From assembly GCA_944390405.1 (NCBI GenBank), contig CALXPS010000002.1, forward strand, positions 2,794 through 66,793: 64,000 nt of DNA. The letters run 5' to 3'. Below, piece by piece: positions 48,679 to 60,954 of this stretch. The notes under the pieces were generated by a model. That model was given only the letters and a program-made list of their open reading frames with translations. It did not search any database and had not been told where the DNA came from. This DNA comes from an uncultured Clostridia bacterium (GTDB lineage: Bacteria; Bacillota; Clostridia; TANB77; CAG-508). A program made the position numbers and the translations under genes. Each line of letters starts with the position of its first letter. The first letter of the stretch is position 1.

Positions 48679-49731
48679 TTAAAGTTTCATTATTTCTTCT
48701 TTTAATACATTTACTATTTCTTCTTGTTTTACTTTTCTTATTATTTCACCTTTTTTAAATAATAGCCCTTCTTTTACTCCCCCTGCTATTCCTATGTCCG
48801 CATGTTTTGCTTCTTCTGGTCCATTTACCCCACAGCCCATAACAGCTACTGTTATATTTTTATTAACTGTTTGTAAAAAATCTTCTATTTCATTTGCTAT
48901 TGGTATTAAATCATATTGTATTCTTCCACATGTTGGACATGCAATTAATGTTGGAGATTCGTATAATTTACAATTTTTTAAGATTTCTTTTGCTACTTTT
49001 ATTTCTTTTACTGGATCCGCAGATAAGGAAACTCTTATTGTGTCTCCAATTCCTTCTCTTAGTAATACTCCCAATCCAATACTAGAGCTTACTGTCCCAC
49101 TAAATTCAGTTCCTGCATGTGTTACGCCTAAATGTAATGGATAATTTATTGTATTTGCAGCTTCTTCATAACTTTCTATGCATAAGTTTAAATCTGATGC
49201 TTTTAATGATAGTGCAATATCAAAGAAGTTTAAATCTTCTAAAATTTTTATGTGTCTTAAACCACTTTCTGTCATACCTTTTGCAGTTGGTTTTCCTCCA
49301 TATTTTTGCAATATATCTTTAGGCATTGAACCACTGTTTACTCCTATTCTTATAGGTATTTTTCTTTCTTTACAAATATCTACTACTTGTTTTACTCTAT
49401 CTATTGAACCAATATTTCCTGGATTTATTCTAATTTTATCAACACCTGCTTTTGCTGCTACTAGTGCTATTCTATAATCAAAATGTATATCTGAAACAAT
49501 TGGTATATGTATTTGTTTTTTTATTTCTTTTATTGCATTTGCATCTTCTTCATCTAAACAGGCAACCCTAATTATTTCGCACCCTGCTCGTTCTAATTTT
49601 AAGATTTGTTCTACTGTACTTTTTACATCTTTAGTTTTTGTATTTGTCATTGATTGGATTACAACTTTATTTTGTCCTCCGATTTGTATATCGCCTACAA
49701 ATATTTTTCTAGTTTCATTTCTTTTTACCAT
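48679..49731 (-). CDS. ispG: 4-hydroxy-3-methylbut-2-en-1-yl diphosphate synthase
   Basis: 350 aa. [24 protein letters not shown] ... RINPGNIG ... IACPTCGR ... [14 protein letters not shown]. Confidence 0.95.
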   Translation of the reverse strand: MVKRNETRKIFVGDIQIGGQNKVVIQSMTNTKTKDVKSTVEQILKLERAGCEIIRVACLDEEDANAIKEIKKQIHIPIVSDIHFDYRIALVAAKAGVDKIRINPGNIGSIDRVKQVVDICKERKIPIRIGVNSGSMPKDILQKYGGKPTAKGMTESGLRHIKILEDLNFFDIALSLKASDLNLCIESYEEAANTINYPLHLGVTHAGTEFSGTVSSSIGLGVLLREGIGDTIRVSLSADPVKEIKVAKEILKNCKLYESPTLIACPTCGRIQYDLIPIANEIEDFLQTVNKNITVAVMGCGVNGPEEAKHADIGIAGGVKEGLLFKKGEIIRKVKQEEIVNVLKEEIMKL

Positions 49732-49852
49732 CTTTTTCTCCTTTTCACTTATAATATTTGAATAATTTTATCATTAAAAATTCAATAAATCAATTGTTTA
49801 CATTAAAATTACATGATATAATATATATGAATTTATTTTGTAGGAGGTTAGC

Positions 49853-51430
49853 ATGGCAAATGATGTTGTTGATATAACAGATGAGGTAAAAGAAAAACTA
49901 AGAGATTTTGATGAACAAGAAGCCTATTTCCTACTTTGTGAAATTTTTTCATATGCACAAGCAACTAAAGATTATGCTAAATTTCAAATAGATCTTAATG
50001 AATGGAAAAAACGTTATCCTATTGATTTATTTAGTGAACAGTATAAAAGTAAAATTAAATATATGCTAAGTAAAGAGTTTTTGGATACAGTACTAAAAAA
50101 CTTTGTAGCTTTTGATGAATTATCTAAAAAGGATTCTGCTGTTGGATTAGAAAAATTAAGAAAGATTTTATCTAGTGCTGAGAAACATAAAGATGCTAAG
50201 AAATTAGATAGTGATTTATCTTCATTATATGCAGAATATCCATTAAATTTTTTAAAACAAAAATACCCTCACATTGTTCCACAATTAGTTAGTAAAACTA
50301 ACCGAGCACGTATATTACAAAAATTTGATTCTGAAAATGCTTTTAAGGAGTTAACCAATATAACTGAACATCCGCAAAATTATAAAAATGCTAATGAATT
50401 TAAAGAAGCTATTGAAGAGTGGCAAAAGCTTTATCCTACTGCTGATTTTAATGATAATTACAAATCACAGGTTGAAAGAACTTTAAATGGTATTTTGGCA
50501 GAAGCTAGATTAGAAGAGCTTTTTCCTGTTTCTACTGAATTAGATTTATCTTTGGGGCAAATTATTCCTATTGAGCCTGATAGAATAAGTATTGTTAGTA
50601 AAGATGCTCTATATGATTTGTTTAAGATTATTGATAAAAATAAAGGTAATATAGATAGCTTGTTTAATTGGATGTATACATATAGTAAATATATGAATGC
50701 ATTTGACTTGACTACTAAAAATGCGATTGTTTCAAGTCTTATGAGTAAATATGCTCATGAAATGCCTCCTGTTGGAACCCATTATAGAATTCCACAAATG
50801 GATTCTAATCCAGAAGAATTTTTATCTTTAACTGATTACTCTTCTATTAAACAAATTAAAAAAGATGCCTTTATTCAATTATTGGGTATATTATCTACAG
50901 AGCAAGAAGTTACACCTGAAGATAGATATAGATTAAACATTATACATGAAAATGCAGAAAAAGCCGATATTATTAAAAAGGCAAAAATTGAACCTAAATT
51001 AGATGTCTTTATGCAATCTTTTCCAGAAGATGAGCTTACTCCTTCTGACAATATATATTTAAATCCTACTAGTGATAGTGGTGGTGGAGAGGTTAGTGTT
51101 GTGCTTGAAGATTCTGCAACAGTGCCACTTATGAATGATGATGTGGAAGTTTCTTCTAATGTTTTAGAGCCTGTTGTCACTGTGGCAATAGAGGAAAATA
51201 CTGACTTGAAAGATTCTAGTTCAGATACACTTACGGAAGAACAGGAAAGCTCTGTTATTGCTCCTAGCTCAGAAGAAATACAAGATCAGTCTCTTATTCA
51301 ACCTTCCGTAGGGACAGAGCCATTATCTGAAGATGAATTACAAATAGAAACTTCTCCTAGTATATTATCTGAAAAAAACAGAAAAAAAATTGTCCCTGAT
51401 TTTAAGTTACCAGAAGAAAGAGATATTTAA
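49853..51430 (+). CDS. hypothetical protein (525 aa) with an internal duplicated motif and an acidic Ser/Glu-rich tail
   Basis: Repeats: KDYAKFQIDLNEWKKRYPIDLFSEQYKSKIKYML versus KNANEFKEAIEEWQKLYPTADFNDNYKSQVERTL. Confidence 0.6.
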   Translation: MANDVVDITDEVKEKLRDFDEQEAYFLLCEIFSYAQATKDYAKFQIDLNEWKKRYPIDLFSEQYKSKIKYMLSKEFLDTVLKNFVAFDELSKKDSAVGLEKLRKILSSAEKHKDAKKLDSDLSSLYAEYPLNFLKQKYPHIVPQLVSKTNRARILQKFDSENAFKELTNITEHPQNYKNANEFKEAIEEWQKLYPTADFNDNYKSQVERTLNGILAEARLEELFPVSTELDLSLGQIIPIEPDRISIVSKDALYDLFKIIDKNKGNIDSLFNWMYTYSKYMNAFDLTTKNAIVSSLMSKYAHEMPPVGTHYRIPQMDSNPEEFLSLTDYSSIKQIKKDAFIQLLGILSTEQEVTPEDRYRLNIIHENAEKADIIKKAKIEPKLDVFMQSFPEDELTPSDNIYLNPTSDSGGGEVSVVLEDSATVPLMNDDVEVSSNVLEPVVTVAIEENTDLKDSSSDTLTEEQESSVIAPSSEEIQDQSLIQPSVGTEPLSEDELQIETSPSILSEKNRKKIVPDFKLPEERDI

Positions 51431-51451
51431 AAAATATTATACATATAATAA

Positions 51452-51486
51452 GGCTCCCTTTTACTTAAGGGAGTCTTTCTTTGTTT
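51452..51486. terminator. hairpin terminator between convergent genes
   Basis: CTCCCTT-ttactt-AAGGGAG followed by tctttctttgtttt. Confidence 0.6.
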
Positions 51487-51506
51487 TATAAATATTTTGT
51501 TCTTAG

Positions 51507-52940
51507 TTATACTTCTAATTTTGTATCTACATTTTCTATTAAACTGCTATATTTTTCTAATATTGGATTTACTTCTTCTTCTATAAAATCTGTTACTTGA
51601 TTTTTTGCTCTTCCACATAGATTTTCTGGTTTTAATATTTTTAATATTTCTTCTTCTGTTAAGCTAAAACTTGGATCATTTGCAATTCTTTGTACTAAGT
51701 CATTTGGTCTTCCATATACTTTTACTTGTTTCCCCGCTTCCATTGAGTGTATTCTTATTTTTTCATGCAACTCTTGTCTATCGCCACCTTTTAGTACTGC
51801 ATTCATTAATATTTCTTCTGTTCCCATAAATGGTATTTCTTCCATTATGTTTGCTCTTATTCTATTTTCATACACAACTATATTTTCTGTAATATTTGCA
51901 TATATTTTTAGTATTGCATCTACTGCTAAAAATGCCTCTGGTATGCATATTCTTTTATTTGCTGAATCATCTAATGTTCTTTCTAGCCATTGTGTAGTTG
52001 ATGTTATTTTTGTATCATTGCTAAGTACTATTACGTGTCTTGATAAGGAGTTTATTCTTTCACTTCTCATTGGATTTCTTTTATATGCCATGGCTGATGA
52101 GCCTATTTGTTTGCTCTCAAATGGTTCTTCTAATTCTTTTTCGTGTTGTAGCAATCTCATATCATTTGCAAATTTTGAGCAACTTTCTGCTATTCCTGCC
52201 AAGCAATTTAATACTCTTGAATCTACTTTTCTTGTATATGTTTGACCTGATACTGCAAATGTTTTTTCAAACCCCATTTTTTCTGCTATCTTTTTATCTA
52301 TTTGTTTTACTTTTTCTTCATCTTTGAAAAGTTTCATAAAGCTTTCACTTGTTCCTGTTGTTCCCTTGCAACCTAACAGTTTTAAATTCTCTTCTACAAA
52401 TTCTAATTCTTGCAAATCTTCTAATAAATCTTGTATCCATAGTGTAGCTCTTTTCCCTACTGTTGTTAGTTGTGCTGGTTGGAAATGAGTATACCCTAAG
52501 CATGGTAATCCTTTATATGTATCTGCAAATTTCTTTAGATTGCTTATGACTTTTATAAGTTTTTGCTTTATTAGTGCTAATGCATTTTTCATCATAATAA
52601 TATCTGTATTATCTGTTACATAACATGATGTTGCACCTAAATGTATAATAGGTTTTGCTTTTGGGCATTTAGTTCCAAACTCGTACACATGTGCCATTAC
52701 ATCATGTCTACATTCTCTTTCTCTTTGAGCAACTATTTCATAATCTATATTTTCTATATTGGCTTTCATTTCATCAATTTGTTCTTGACTTATATCTAAT
52801 CCTAATTCTTTTTCTGTCTCGGCTAATGCTACCCATAGTTTTCTCCATGTTGAATATTTTGTATTATTTGACCATAGCTTGTTCATTTCTTTGCTTGCAT
52901 ATCGTCCACTTAGTGGTGTTACATAAATATCATTTTCCAT
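51507..52940 (-). CDS. purB: adenylosuccinate lyase
   Basis: PLSGRYASKEM ... HLGATSCYVTDN ... GSSAMAYKRNPMRSE. The ATG at 52940 follows GGAGG. Confidence 0.95.
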   Translation of the reverse strand: MENDIYVTPLSGRYASKEMNKLWSNNTKYSTWRKLWVALAETEKELGLDISQEQIDEMKANIENIDYEIVAQRERECRHDVMAHVYEFGTKCPKAKPIIHLGATSCYVTDNTDIIMMKNALALIKQKLIKVISNLKKFADTYKGLPCLGYTHFQPAQLTTVGKRATLWIQDLLEDLQELEFVEENLKLLGCKGTTGTSESFMKLFKDEEKVKQIDKKIAEKMGFEKTFAVSGQTYTRKVDSRVLNCLAGIAESCSKFANDMRLLQHEKELEEPFESKQIGSSAMAYKRNPMRSERINSLSRHVIVLSNDTKITSTTQWLERTLDDSANKRICIPEAFLAVDAILKIYANITENIVVYENRIRANIMEEIPFMGTEEILMNAVLKGGDRQELHEKIRIHSMEAGKQVKVYGRPNDLVQRIANDPSFSLTEEEILKILKPENLCGRAKNQVTDFIEEEVNPILEKYSSLIENVDTKLEV

Positions 52941-52957
52941 TTTATTTTCCTCCATAA

Positions 52958-53773
52958 TTATTTTATAATAACTAACACTGTCTCTAATTTAGAAAAATCA
53001 ACTGCTGGTTCTATTATGGCATATTTTTCTGTTATGTTTTGAGCTTCCACAATTTCAGTTAATTTTCCTATTTTAAGTCCCTTTGGATATATGCCTCCTA
53101 ATCCAGATGTTTCTACATCGTCATTTAAAACCAAATCTGCATCTGCACTTATATAAGTTGCTTTTAGTTGATTATTATTTCCTAGTTCTCCCTTTACAAT
53201 TAAGTTGTCTCTAGAAATGCTCATTATTGCACTTATGCTACTAGATGAATCTGTTATTGGTTGTACTTTCGCTGTTGTTTCAGTAACTGAAATAACATGT
53301 CCTACAACTCCTTCTGCTGATACTACTGGCATATTTGCTCCTACGCCTTCTCTACTTCCTACATTTATCACCATTGTACTGCTTAAATTACTTAAGTCTC
53401 TATCAATTATATATGCTGGAACTGTAACATATTTTGTATATTGGTCCGATAAATTTGCATATTCTCGTAATGTTTTATTCTCTGCTTTTATTATTCCAAT
53501 TTCACTTAGACTTTTGCTTAATTCTTCATTTTGTTTTTTTAGTTCTTCATTTTCACTTTTCAAATTATTTATATCTTCAAAAAATGTATTATTTCCTGCT
53601 ATTTTGTTTTTTAAGTATGTTAAACCATTTTGTATTGGCATTACTAGTTTTTGTGCAATTCCTTCTAGATAAGAAAATTTGGATACATCAACATTAGTTA
53701 TAACCACTAATGCGGTTAGAATAATAATTGTTATAATAATACCAATTATTCCACTCCTTTTGTTTTTATTCAT
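52958..53773 (-). CDS. mreC: rod shape-determining protein MreC
   Basis: TM helix, coiled coil (ENEELKKQNEEL), then beta domains (VVSAEGVVGHV, GLGGIYPKGLKIG). Follows mreB. Confidence 0.85.
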   Translation of the reverse strand: MNKNKRSGIIGIIITIIILTALVVITNVDVSKFSYLEGIAQKLVMPIQNGLTYLKNKIAGNNTFFEDINNLKSENEELKKQNEELSKSLSEIGIIKAENKTLREYANLSDQYTKYVTVPAYIIDRDLSNLSSTMVINVGSREGVGANMPVVSAEGVVGHVISVTETTAKVQPITDSSSSISAIMSISRDNLIVKGELGNNNQLKATYISADADLVLNDDVETSGLGGIYPKGLKIGKLTEIVEAQNITEKYAIIEPAVDFSKLETVLVIIK

Positions 53774-53842
53774 AAATGCCTCCTATTTAGCTATTCCTTT
53801 CTACTCTAATTAGGTATATCCTAATTGGAATAGCCATAAACT

Positions 53843-54875
<1,033 letters not shown>

Positions 54876-54905
54876 TTATTAACATTCCTTTCTAAAAGCT
54901 TATAA

Positions 54906-55592
54906 TTACTTGTTTTTTAACAATAAGCTCTGATATGTACCATCGCCTATTATTATGTGGTCTAATAATTTTATTCCCATTATTTCTGCTGCTTCATATA
55001 TTCTGTCTGTAACATTATAATCTCCTTTGCTTGGAGTTGTATCTCCACTTGGATGATTATGTACTAGTATTATCTTTGGTGCTTGTATTTTTATAGCTTC
55101 AGCTAAAACATCTCTTGGTTCTATACAGGCAAAATTTGCTCCTCCTAATGATATATCAATTGTTCTTAGAACCACATTTTTGCTGTTTAGAATTAGAACT
55201 TTTGCTATTTCTCTTTTTTCATATCTTAATTCTGGTATTAAAAGCCTTGCTACATCTTCTGGGGTTTTTATTATATTTTTCTTGTTGTTTATTGGTCTTT
55301 CTATCCTTTTTGTTATTTCACAAATTGCTTTTAGTTGGATTGCCTTTACTTTTCCAATACCTTTTATTTGCATAAATTCTTCTAGCGATATTTCTTGTAA
55401 AAATCTTAAATTGTCTTGATTTGTATCTTTTTTTAAGCTTAGAATTTGTTGTGCTATTGAAACTGATGAATGTTCTTTTGTTCCTGTTTTTATTATTATT
55501 GCCAATAACTCTGCATTTGATAAATTTTCTGCTCCATAGATTTCTAATTTTTCATAAGGTCTTTCTGATAGGGGTAAGTCTTTTATTTTCAT
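54906..55592 (-). CDS. radC: RadC-family JAB/MPN domain protein
   Basis: ERPYEKL...LSNAELLAIIIKTG ... ILVHNHPSGDTTPSKGD. Upstream of mreB, as in many Firmicutes. Confidence 0.9.
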   Translation of the reverse strand: MKIKDLPLSERPYEKLEIYGAENLSNAELLAIIIKTGTKEHSSVSIAQQILSLKKDTNQDNLRFLQEISLEEFMQIKGIGKVKAIQLKAICEITKRIERPINNKKNIIKTPEDVARLLIPELRYEKREIAKVLILNSKNVVLRTIDISLGGANFACIEPRDVLAEAIKIQAPKIILVHNHPSGDTTPSKGDYNVTDRIYEAAEIMGIKLLDHIIIGDGTYQSLLLKNK

Positions 55593-55623
55593 TTTTGTTC
55601 CTTTCTTCCCCCTTATATTTTAT

Positions 55624-55881
55624 CTATATTTTTCTATAAACAAATATTGCAATCGCCATACCTATTATACTTGCAACATTTATTTTAAACCATAATCCAA
55701 AAGTTATTGTTATTATGTTTAAGTCTAGTTCTATTGGTGTGGTTAGTCCAAAGCTTTCTCCATATGATAGCCACCATAGAAAGTCTACTTTAGATGCTAG
55801 TTCTCCTAATAATCCTCCTAATACTAATCCTGATAATAAAAAAATCAATAGTATCCATATGTTTTTATCTTTTGCTGCCAT
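55624..55881 (-). CDS. small membrane protein (DUF4321-like)
   Basis: 85 aa with two or three TM segments. In the usual position upstream of radC. Confidence 0.5.
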   Translation of the reverse strand: MAAKDKNIWILLIFLLSGLVLGGLLGELASKVDFLWWLSYGESFGLTTPIELDLNIITITFGLWFKINVASIIGMAIAIFVYRKI

Positions 55882-56120
55882 TTGTTTCCCTCCTATTATT
55901 CTTTTGCTATAGTTATTATATATGTAATTGGCATTTTTTTCAAGATATATGTTTATTTTTTATTAAATTTATGCTATAATTTTTAATAATATTTTCACAG
56001 ACTTTTAAGGTTAATAATATATTATACAATAAATGTATTTTTTCCAGAAATTTATCATTTAAATTTACATTATATAGTGGTATAATTATATTATTAGAAT
56101 TATTTGGAGGTATTTATTTC

Positions 56121-56756
56121 ATGCGTATAGAGAAGTTAAACGAAAATAAAATTAGAATCTTCTTAAATTTGGAAGATTTAAAGGAGAAAAATATAGATTT
56201 ACATACTTTTATGTCTAGCTCTTTAGAGTCACAGGATTTATTTTTAGATATGCTAAGTATTGCTGAAACAGAAGTTGGTTTTAAAACTCATAATTATAAA
56301 CTTATAATTGAAGCTCTTGCTTCTTCCGATGGTAATTTTATCTTAACTATTACGCGAATCAAGCCAGAACTTTCTTTGCAGACTTCTTCTAATTTGAAAA
56401 AGCCTCAAGTTAAAAGGAAATCTATAACTCCAAATAAATTATTATCTATTTATGTATTTAATACTTTTGATGAATTCTGTGAATTTTGTAACTATGTTAA
56501 CACTAGTTCTTTAAGTAAATATATTAGTAAATTGAAATCTTCTTCTTTAGTATTATTTAAAAACAAGTATTATTTAGTCCTAAATAATTTGAAATTAAGT
56601 GTTACTGATTTAAAAACCTTTTCTTATACTATCTCTGAGTTTGCCTCAAGAGTAAGAAATGAAGAATTGTTAGAGAAAAAATTGAAAGAGTATGGAAAAG
56701 TTATTATTGCAAAAAATGCGATTACTACATGTTTAAAATATTTTAGTGGTACATAA
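56121..56756 (+). CDS. mecA: adaptor protein MecA
   Basis: MRIEKLNENKIRIFLNLEDLKEKNIDLHTF...DLFLDMLSIAETEVGF. Confidence 0.8.
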   Translation: MRIEKLNENKIRIFLNLEDLKEKNIDLHTFMSSSLESQDLFLDMLSIAETEVGFKTHNYKLIIEALASSDGNFILTITRIKPELSLQTSSNLKKPQVKRKSITPNKLLSIYVFNTFDEFCEFCNYVNTSSLSKYISKLKSSSLVLFKNKYYLVLNNLKLSVTDLKTFSYTISEFASRVRNEELLEKKLKEYGKVIIAKNAITTCLKYFSGT

Positions 56757-56763
56757 ATATTTT

Positions 56764-56792
56764 AAAAATTCTCCTTTTAAAGGAGAATTTTT
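56764..56792. terminator. bidirectional hairpin terminator
   Basis: AAAAATTCTCC-ttttaa-AGGAGAATTTTT. Confidence 0.7.
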
Positions 56793-56841
56793 AATGGAAA
56801 ATTTAACCCCAAGAGCTATATTTTAACCCTTGGGGCGATTT

Positions 56842-57822
56842 TTAATACAAATAATATTGTGGGTTTACTCTTGAGCCATTTACTCTTATTTCTAAGTGTA
56901 AATGATTACCTGTTGAGTTTCCTGTTGATCCCACTGCTGCAATGTTTTCTCCTTGTGCTACGTACTGGCCTGCTGAAACATATAGTGCACTACAATGTCC
57001 ATATAATGTTTGTACTCCATTTTCATGTGATATTATTATATAGTATCCATAACCTGTATTTGACCAGCCTGATGCAACTACTGTTCCTGATGCAGCTGCA
57101 TAAATTGGTGTTCCCGCAGGTGCTGCTATATCTAGGCCTGTATGCATTCCACTACTTCTGCTTCCAAATCTGGATGTTATTGTATATCCTGAAGTTACTG
57201 GCTTTATTAAATCTATTCCTAGTTCTATTTTTGCACTCGCTATACTATATGAGCCTGAAGAATAATATACTTTCTTTTTTTCATATAATCCTGCTACAAC
57301 TTGGTCTTGTGCAGTATATTCTTTTAATTCAGTATTGTAAACTTGTGTATAAGATATATCTTTTATATTATTACTATCTTTTTCTTTTAATTCATCTATA
57401 ATAGCTTCTGCTTCTTCTTTTGTAGGAACATAATATTTTTCTTCATCTTCTAGTAGTATAGCATAATATTCATAATATGTAGTTCCTAGACTTTTTACTT
57501 TTTCTAATATTTCCTCACTATTATCTACGCTGTCTCTTTTTACAAAACATAAAGAATATTCTGGTAATGTTTGTATATCTACAAATGCTATGTTTTGTGT
57601 TTCTATGCCCTTCATGTATTCATTAATTTTCTTTTGTAATCCATTCTTATCATTTGTGTATCCTATAAATTCTCCATTTAATGTTACTGAATATGTTGGT
57701 TTATAAAATATAGATATTATTCCGATTATTAGTATTGCAAATATAATTATCATAATTATTAGTTTTAACGAGCTTCTTATATGTGCAAATACATTTTTAA
57801 TACTTTTTAAAATTTTAAACAC
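56842..57822 (-). CDS. membrane-anchored M23 family metallopeptidase
   Basis: C-terminal LytM motifs: SGMHTGLDIAAPAGTPIYAA ... GYYIIISHENG..TLYGHC ... GSTGNSTGNHLHLEI. The exact start is uncertain. Confidence 0.85.
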   Translation of the reverse strand: MFKILKSIKNVFAHIRSSLKLIIMIIIFAILIIGIISIFYKPTYSVTLNGEFIGYTNDKNGLQKKINEYMKGIETQNIAFVDIQTLPEYSLCFVKRDSVDNSEEILEKVKSLGTTYYEYYAILLEDEEKYYVPTKEEAEAIIDELKEKDSNNIKDISYTQVYNTELKEYTAQDQVVAGLYEKKKVYYSSGSYSIASAKIELGIDLIKPVTSGYTITSRFGSRSSGMHTGLDIAAPAGTPIYAAASGTVVASGWSNTGYGYYIIISHENGVQTLYGHCSALYVSAGQYVAQGENIAAVGSTGNSTGNHLHLEIRVNGSRVNPQYYLY

Positions 57823-58100
57823 CTCTTTACTTTCTCAATCTATTTCATTTTACCTTTTTTTGGTGTTATTGGCAAATTTTGAATTCCTTGGTATGCCATT
57901 TTTATTTTCTGTTTTATTCGTATTATCTCTCTTTAACTCACTATTTTTCGTTTTTTCTCACTATTTTATTTTTTTCGAAACTTTTTCTAAAATACTTTTT
58001 TTATTGTCATCGCCATAAAAAAAGATATATATTTTACATAAAAATATAAAATATATATCTTAATTTTAATATTTATATTTACAAATTAATACCAAAATTC

Positions 58101-58346
58101 TTATTTTGATATTTCGTTTTTTACTTTATCTATTTCTGTTTGTGGTGCTGGTGATGCTGGTGTATAGTATCCTTTTAATTGAGCTACTTTAAATAATTCG
58201 TATTGGAATGTTTCGTCATTATTTCTAATTTGTTGTATTGTTTGTCTTAGTTGCATATTTTCTGCTTCTGAAATTACTCCTTGGTAAGTAGTAAGACTTG
58301 CCTTTGTGCTTTCTAATATGTCATTTACCATATACTTTTCTTCCAT
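58101..58346 (-). CDS. CotF-like spore coat protein (81 aa)
   Basis: DILESTKASLTTYQGVISEAENMQLRQTIQQIRNNDETFQYELFKVAQLKGYY. Confidence 0.65.
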   Translation of the reverse strand: MEEKYMVNDILESTKASLTTYQGVISEAENMQLRQTIQQIRNNDETFQYELFKVAQLKGYYTPASPAPQTEIDKVKNEISK

Positions 58347-58357
58347 ATTCTAACCTC

Positions 58358-58543
58358 CTAATTTAAAAATGTTAATAATTTTTGCTTAGTGTTTAAGCTA
58401 TCTTGTGCTGCTTTTGTGAACATTTGCTTAATTTGTGGGTCTACACATTGAGATGCATATGTGTTTAATTTTTGATATGATGTGTCATGTGCGCCTATTA
58501 GATGTCTTAAATTCTGTAATTCAACTTGACTTAAATTTGCCAT
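58358..58543 (-). CDS. small CotF-like / spore coat-associated protein (61 aa)
   Basis: LSQVELQNLRHLIGAHDTSYQKLNTYASQCVDPQIKQMF. Paired with the downstream CotF-like gene. RBS AGGATGAGGGG. Confidence 0.55.
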   Translation of the reverse strand: MANLSQVELQNLRHLIGAHDTSYQKLNTYASQCVDPQIKQMFTKAAQDSLNTKQKLLTFLN

Positions 58544-58654
58544 TTTCCCCTCATCCTTCCTTTACTTTTAATTTACATATATATTATAAACAACAAAAAA
58601 ATTTTTATACAAAAAAAAGAATTTGAAAAAATCTTTCCAAATTCTCATCTCTCA

Positions 58655-60934
58655 CTACTCACTTCTCAGCTCTAAGTTAGCATATCTCGCCATCAATCTT
58701 TTATGCCCTACTTTTTCAAATGATATATCTAATTTCAAATCGTCTCCTTCTGTTGCTATTTCTGTTATTATTCCTTCTCCAAATTTTTTATGATATATGG
58801 TTTGCCCTGTTTTATATTGTGATAAATCTATTTCTTTTAGCTTTGTAGATGAATTAGCAGCTATATTATTTAAAAAGCTTTCTGCTGTTCTGAAGCTGTA
58901 TTGAGGTTGTGTTTGTTTGTTAATTTTGCTACCCGTTATTACATATGTTGTCATTCTATTATTTCCATATCTCCATTCTGTATTTTCGTTTACTTTATTT
59001 GTTTTTGTTAATTCATCTGCTCCTTCTAATAATTCTTGTGGTATTTCTTCAATAAATCTTGAAATTTTATTGCAACTTGTAGAACCAAATATTGTTCTTT
59101 GTCTTGCACATGTTAAATATAAATATTCTTTTGCTCTTGTTATACCCACATAGCATAAACGTCTTTCTTCTTCTAGTTCTCTTTGTTCACCTATTGATCT
59201 ATAACTAGGGAATAATCCTTCTTCCATTCCAATTAAGAAAACAACCGGAAACTCTAGACCTTTTGCACTATGTAATGTCATAAGAGTAACTGAATCATCT
59301 GTTTCTTCCATTCCATCTATATCGCTTGCAAGCGTTATGCTTTCTAAAAATTCTGCTAATGAATTTTCTGCATTTTCTTCTTCAAATTCCATTGCAACTG
59401 TTAAAAATTCATCTAGGTTTTCTATCCTACTTTCTGCTTGTGCAGTGTTTTCTAGTTCTAATGCTTTTGTATAACCTGTTTTACTTAAAACTTCTTTTAA
59501 AATCTCTGATATAAGCATTTCATCCTTTTTGTTGGCTAATTCTTCTATAGTTTCAATAAATTGCCTTGAATTTAAAAATACTTTATTTAAGCCATATTGG
59601 TCTGCATTTTTTATTACTTCATACATAGATATATTATTCACAGTAGCATAGTTTTCTATCTTTTCCATACTTGTTTGTCCAATTCCTCTTTTAGGCTCAT
59701 TTATTACTCTTTGTAAACTTAAGTTATCTGACTGGTTATGTATTAATCTTAGATATGCAATTGCATCTTTTATTTCTTTTCTTTCGTAGAATTTTAGGCC
59801 TCCTATCATTTTGTATGGTATGTTTTCTCTTCTTAATATATCTTCTACACTACGTGATTGTGCATTCATTCTATATAGTACAGTAAAGTCTGCATATTTA
59901 TAGTATTCTTCTCTTCTTAGTTTGTTTATCTGTTCTACTATAAAATTTGCTTCTTCATATTCATTATCTAATCTTGAAACTGTTGGAAGGTGTCCGCCTT
60001 CTTGTTCAGTCCATAAGTTTTTTTCATATTTTTTTTCATTATGTTTTATTACTGCATTTGCAGCATCTAATATTGCTTTTGTAGACCTATAATTTTGTTC
60101 TAATTTAATAATTGTTGTTCCTGGAAAGTCTTTTTCAAAATTCAATATGTTTGTTATATCTGCTCCTCTAAATGAATATATTCCTTGGTCGTTATCACCC
60201 ACAACTGTAATGTTTCCGTATCTTCCAGAAAGTAATGTTATTAATGTAAATTGTGCTTTATTTGTATCTTGATATTCATCTACTAATACATATTTGAATT
60301 TTTCTGAATAATACTCTAAAATATCTGGATTTTCTGTTAATATTTGAATTGTCGAGTTTATTATATCATCAAAGTCTAATGCATTGTTTTCTTTTAATTT
60401 TCTTTGATATATTTCATATACCTCAGCTATTTTCTCTTTTCTTTTTTCTCCATTGGTTCTTAAATTATATTGCATTGGTGTGAGCATTTCGTTTTTTGCA
60501 TTACTTATTTCTGCTAAAACACTTCTATCTGTATATATTTTATCATCTAAATTCATTTGTTTAATGCATTGTTTTACTAATGTTTTTTGGTCTGATGTAT
60601 CAAATATAACAAAGTCAGAATTAAATCCTATTCTATCTATATGTTTTCTAAGTATACGCACACAAATTGAGTGAAATGTTCCAATCCACATATTATTTGC
60701 GTTTTCTCCTATTAATTTTGTTATTCTTTCTTTCATTTCGTTTGCTGCTTTATTTGTAAATGTTATTGCAAGAATATTCCAAGGACTTATATTTTTTTCT
60801 TCTATTAAATATGCTATTTTGTGTGTTAGCACTTTTGTTTTTCCGCTTCCTGCTCCTGCAATTACTAAGCATGGTCCTTCTGTTTGTAACACTGCTTCTT
60901 TCTGCTTGTCATTTAATCCTTCTAATATCTCCAT
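58655..60934 (-). CDS. pcrA: ATP-dependent DNA helicase PcrA (UvrD family)
   Basis: LNDKQKEAV...GPCLVIAGAGSGKTKVLTHKIAYL ... VDEYQDTN ... TLHSAKGLEFPVVFLIG ... RLCYVGITRAK. Confidence 0.95.
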   Translation of the reverse strand: MEILEGLNDKQKEAVLQTEGPCLVIAGAGSGKTKVLTHKIAYLIEEKNISPWNILAITFTNKAANEMKERITKLIGENANNMWIGTFHSICVRILRKHIDRIGFNSDFVIFDTSDQKTLVKQCIKQMNLDDKIYTDRSVLAEISNAKNEMLTPMQYNLRTNGEKRKEKIAEVYEIYQRKLKENNALDFDDIINSTIQILTENPDILEYYSEKFKYVLVDEYQDTNKAQFTLITLLSGRYGNITVVGDNDQGIYSFRGADITNILNFEKDFPGTTIIKLEQNYRSTKAILDAANAVIKHNEKKYEKNLWTEQEGGHLPTVSRLDNEYEEANFIVEQINKLRREEYYKYADFTVLYRMNAQSRSVEDILRRENIPYKMIGGLKFYERKEIKDAIAYLRLIHNQSDNLSLQRVINEPKRGIGQTSMEKIENYATVNNISMYEVIKNADQYGLNKVFLNSRQFIETIEELANKKDEMLISEILKEVLSKTGYTKALELENTAQAESRIENLDEFLTVAMEFEEENAENSLAEFLESITLASDIDGMEETDDSVTLMTLHSAKGLEFPVVFLIGMEEGLFPSYRSIGEQRELEEERRLCYVGITRAKEYLYLTCARQRTIFGSTSCNKISRFIEEIPQELLEGADELTKTNKVNENTEWRYGNNRMTTYVITGSKINKQTQPQYSFRTAESFLNNIAANSSTKLKEIDLSQYKTGQTIYHKKFGEGIITEIATEGDDLKLDISFEKVGHKRLMARYANLELRSE

Positions 60935-60954
60935 TTATTTATTCCTTTCTTAAT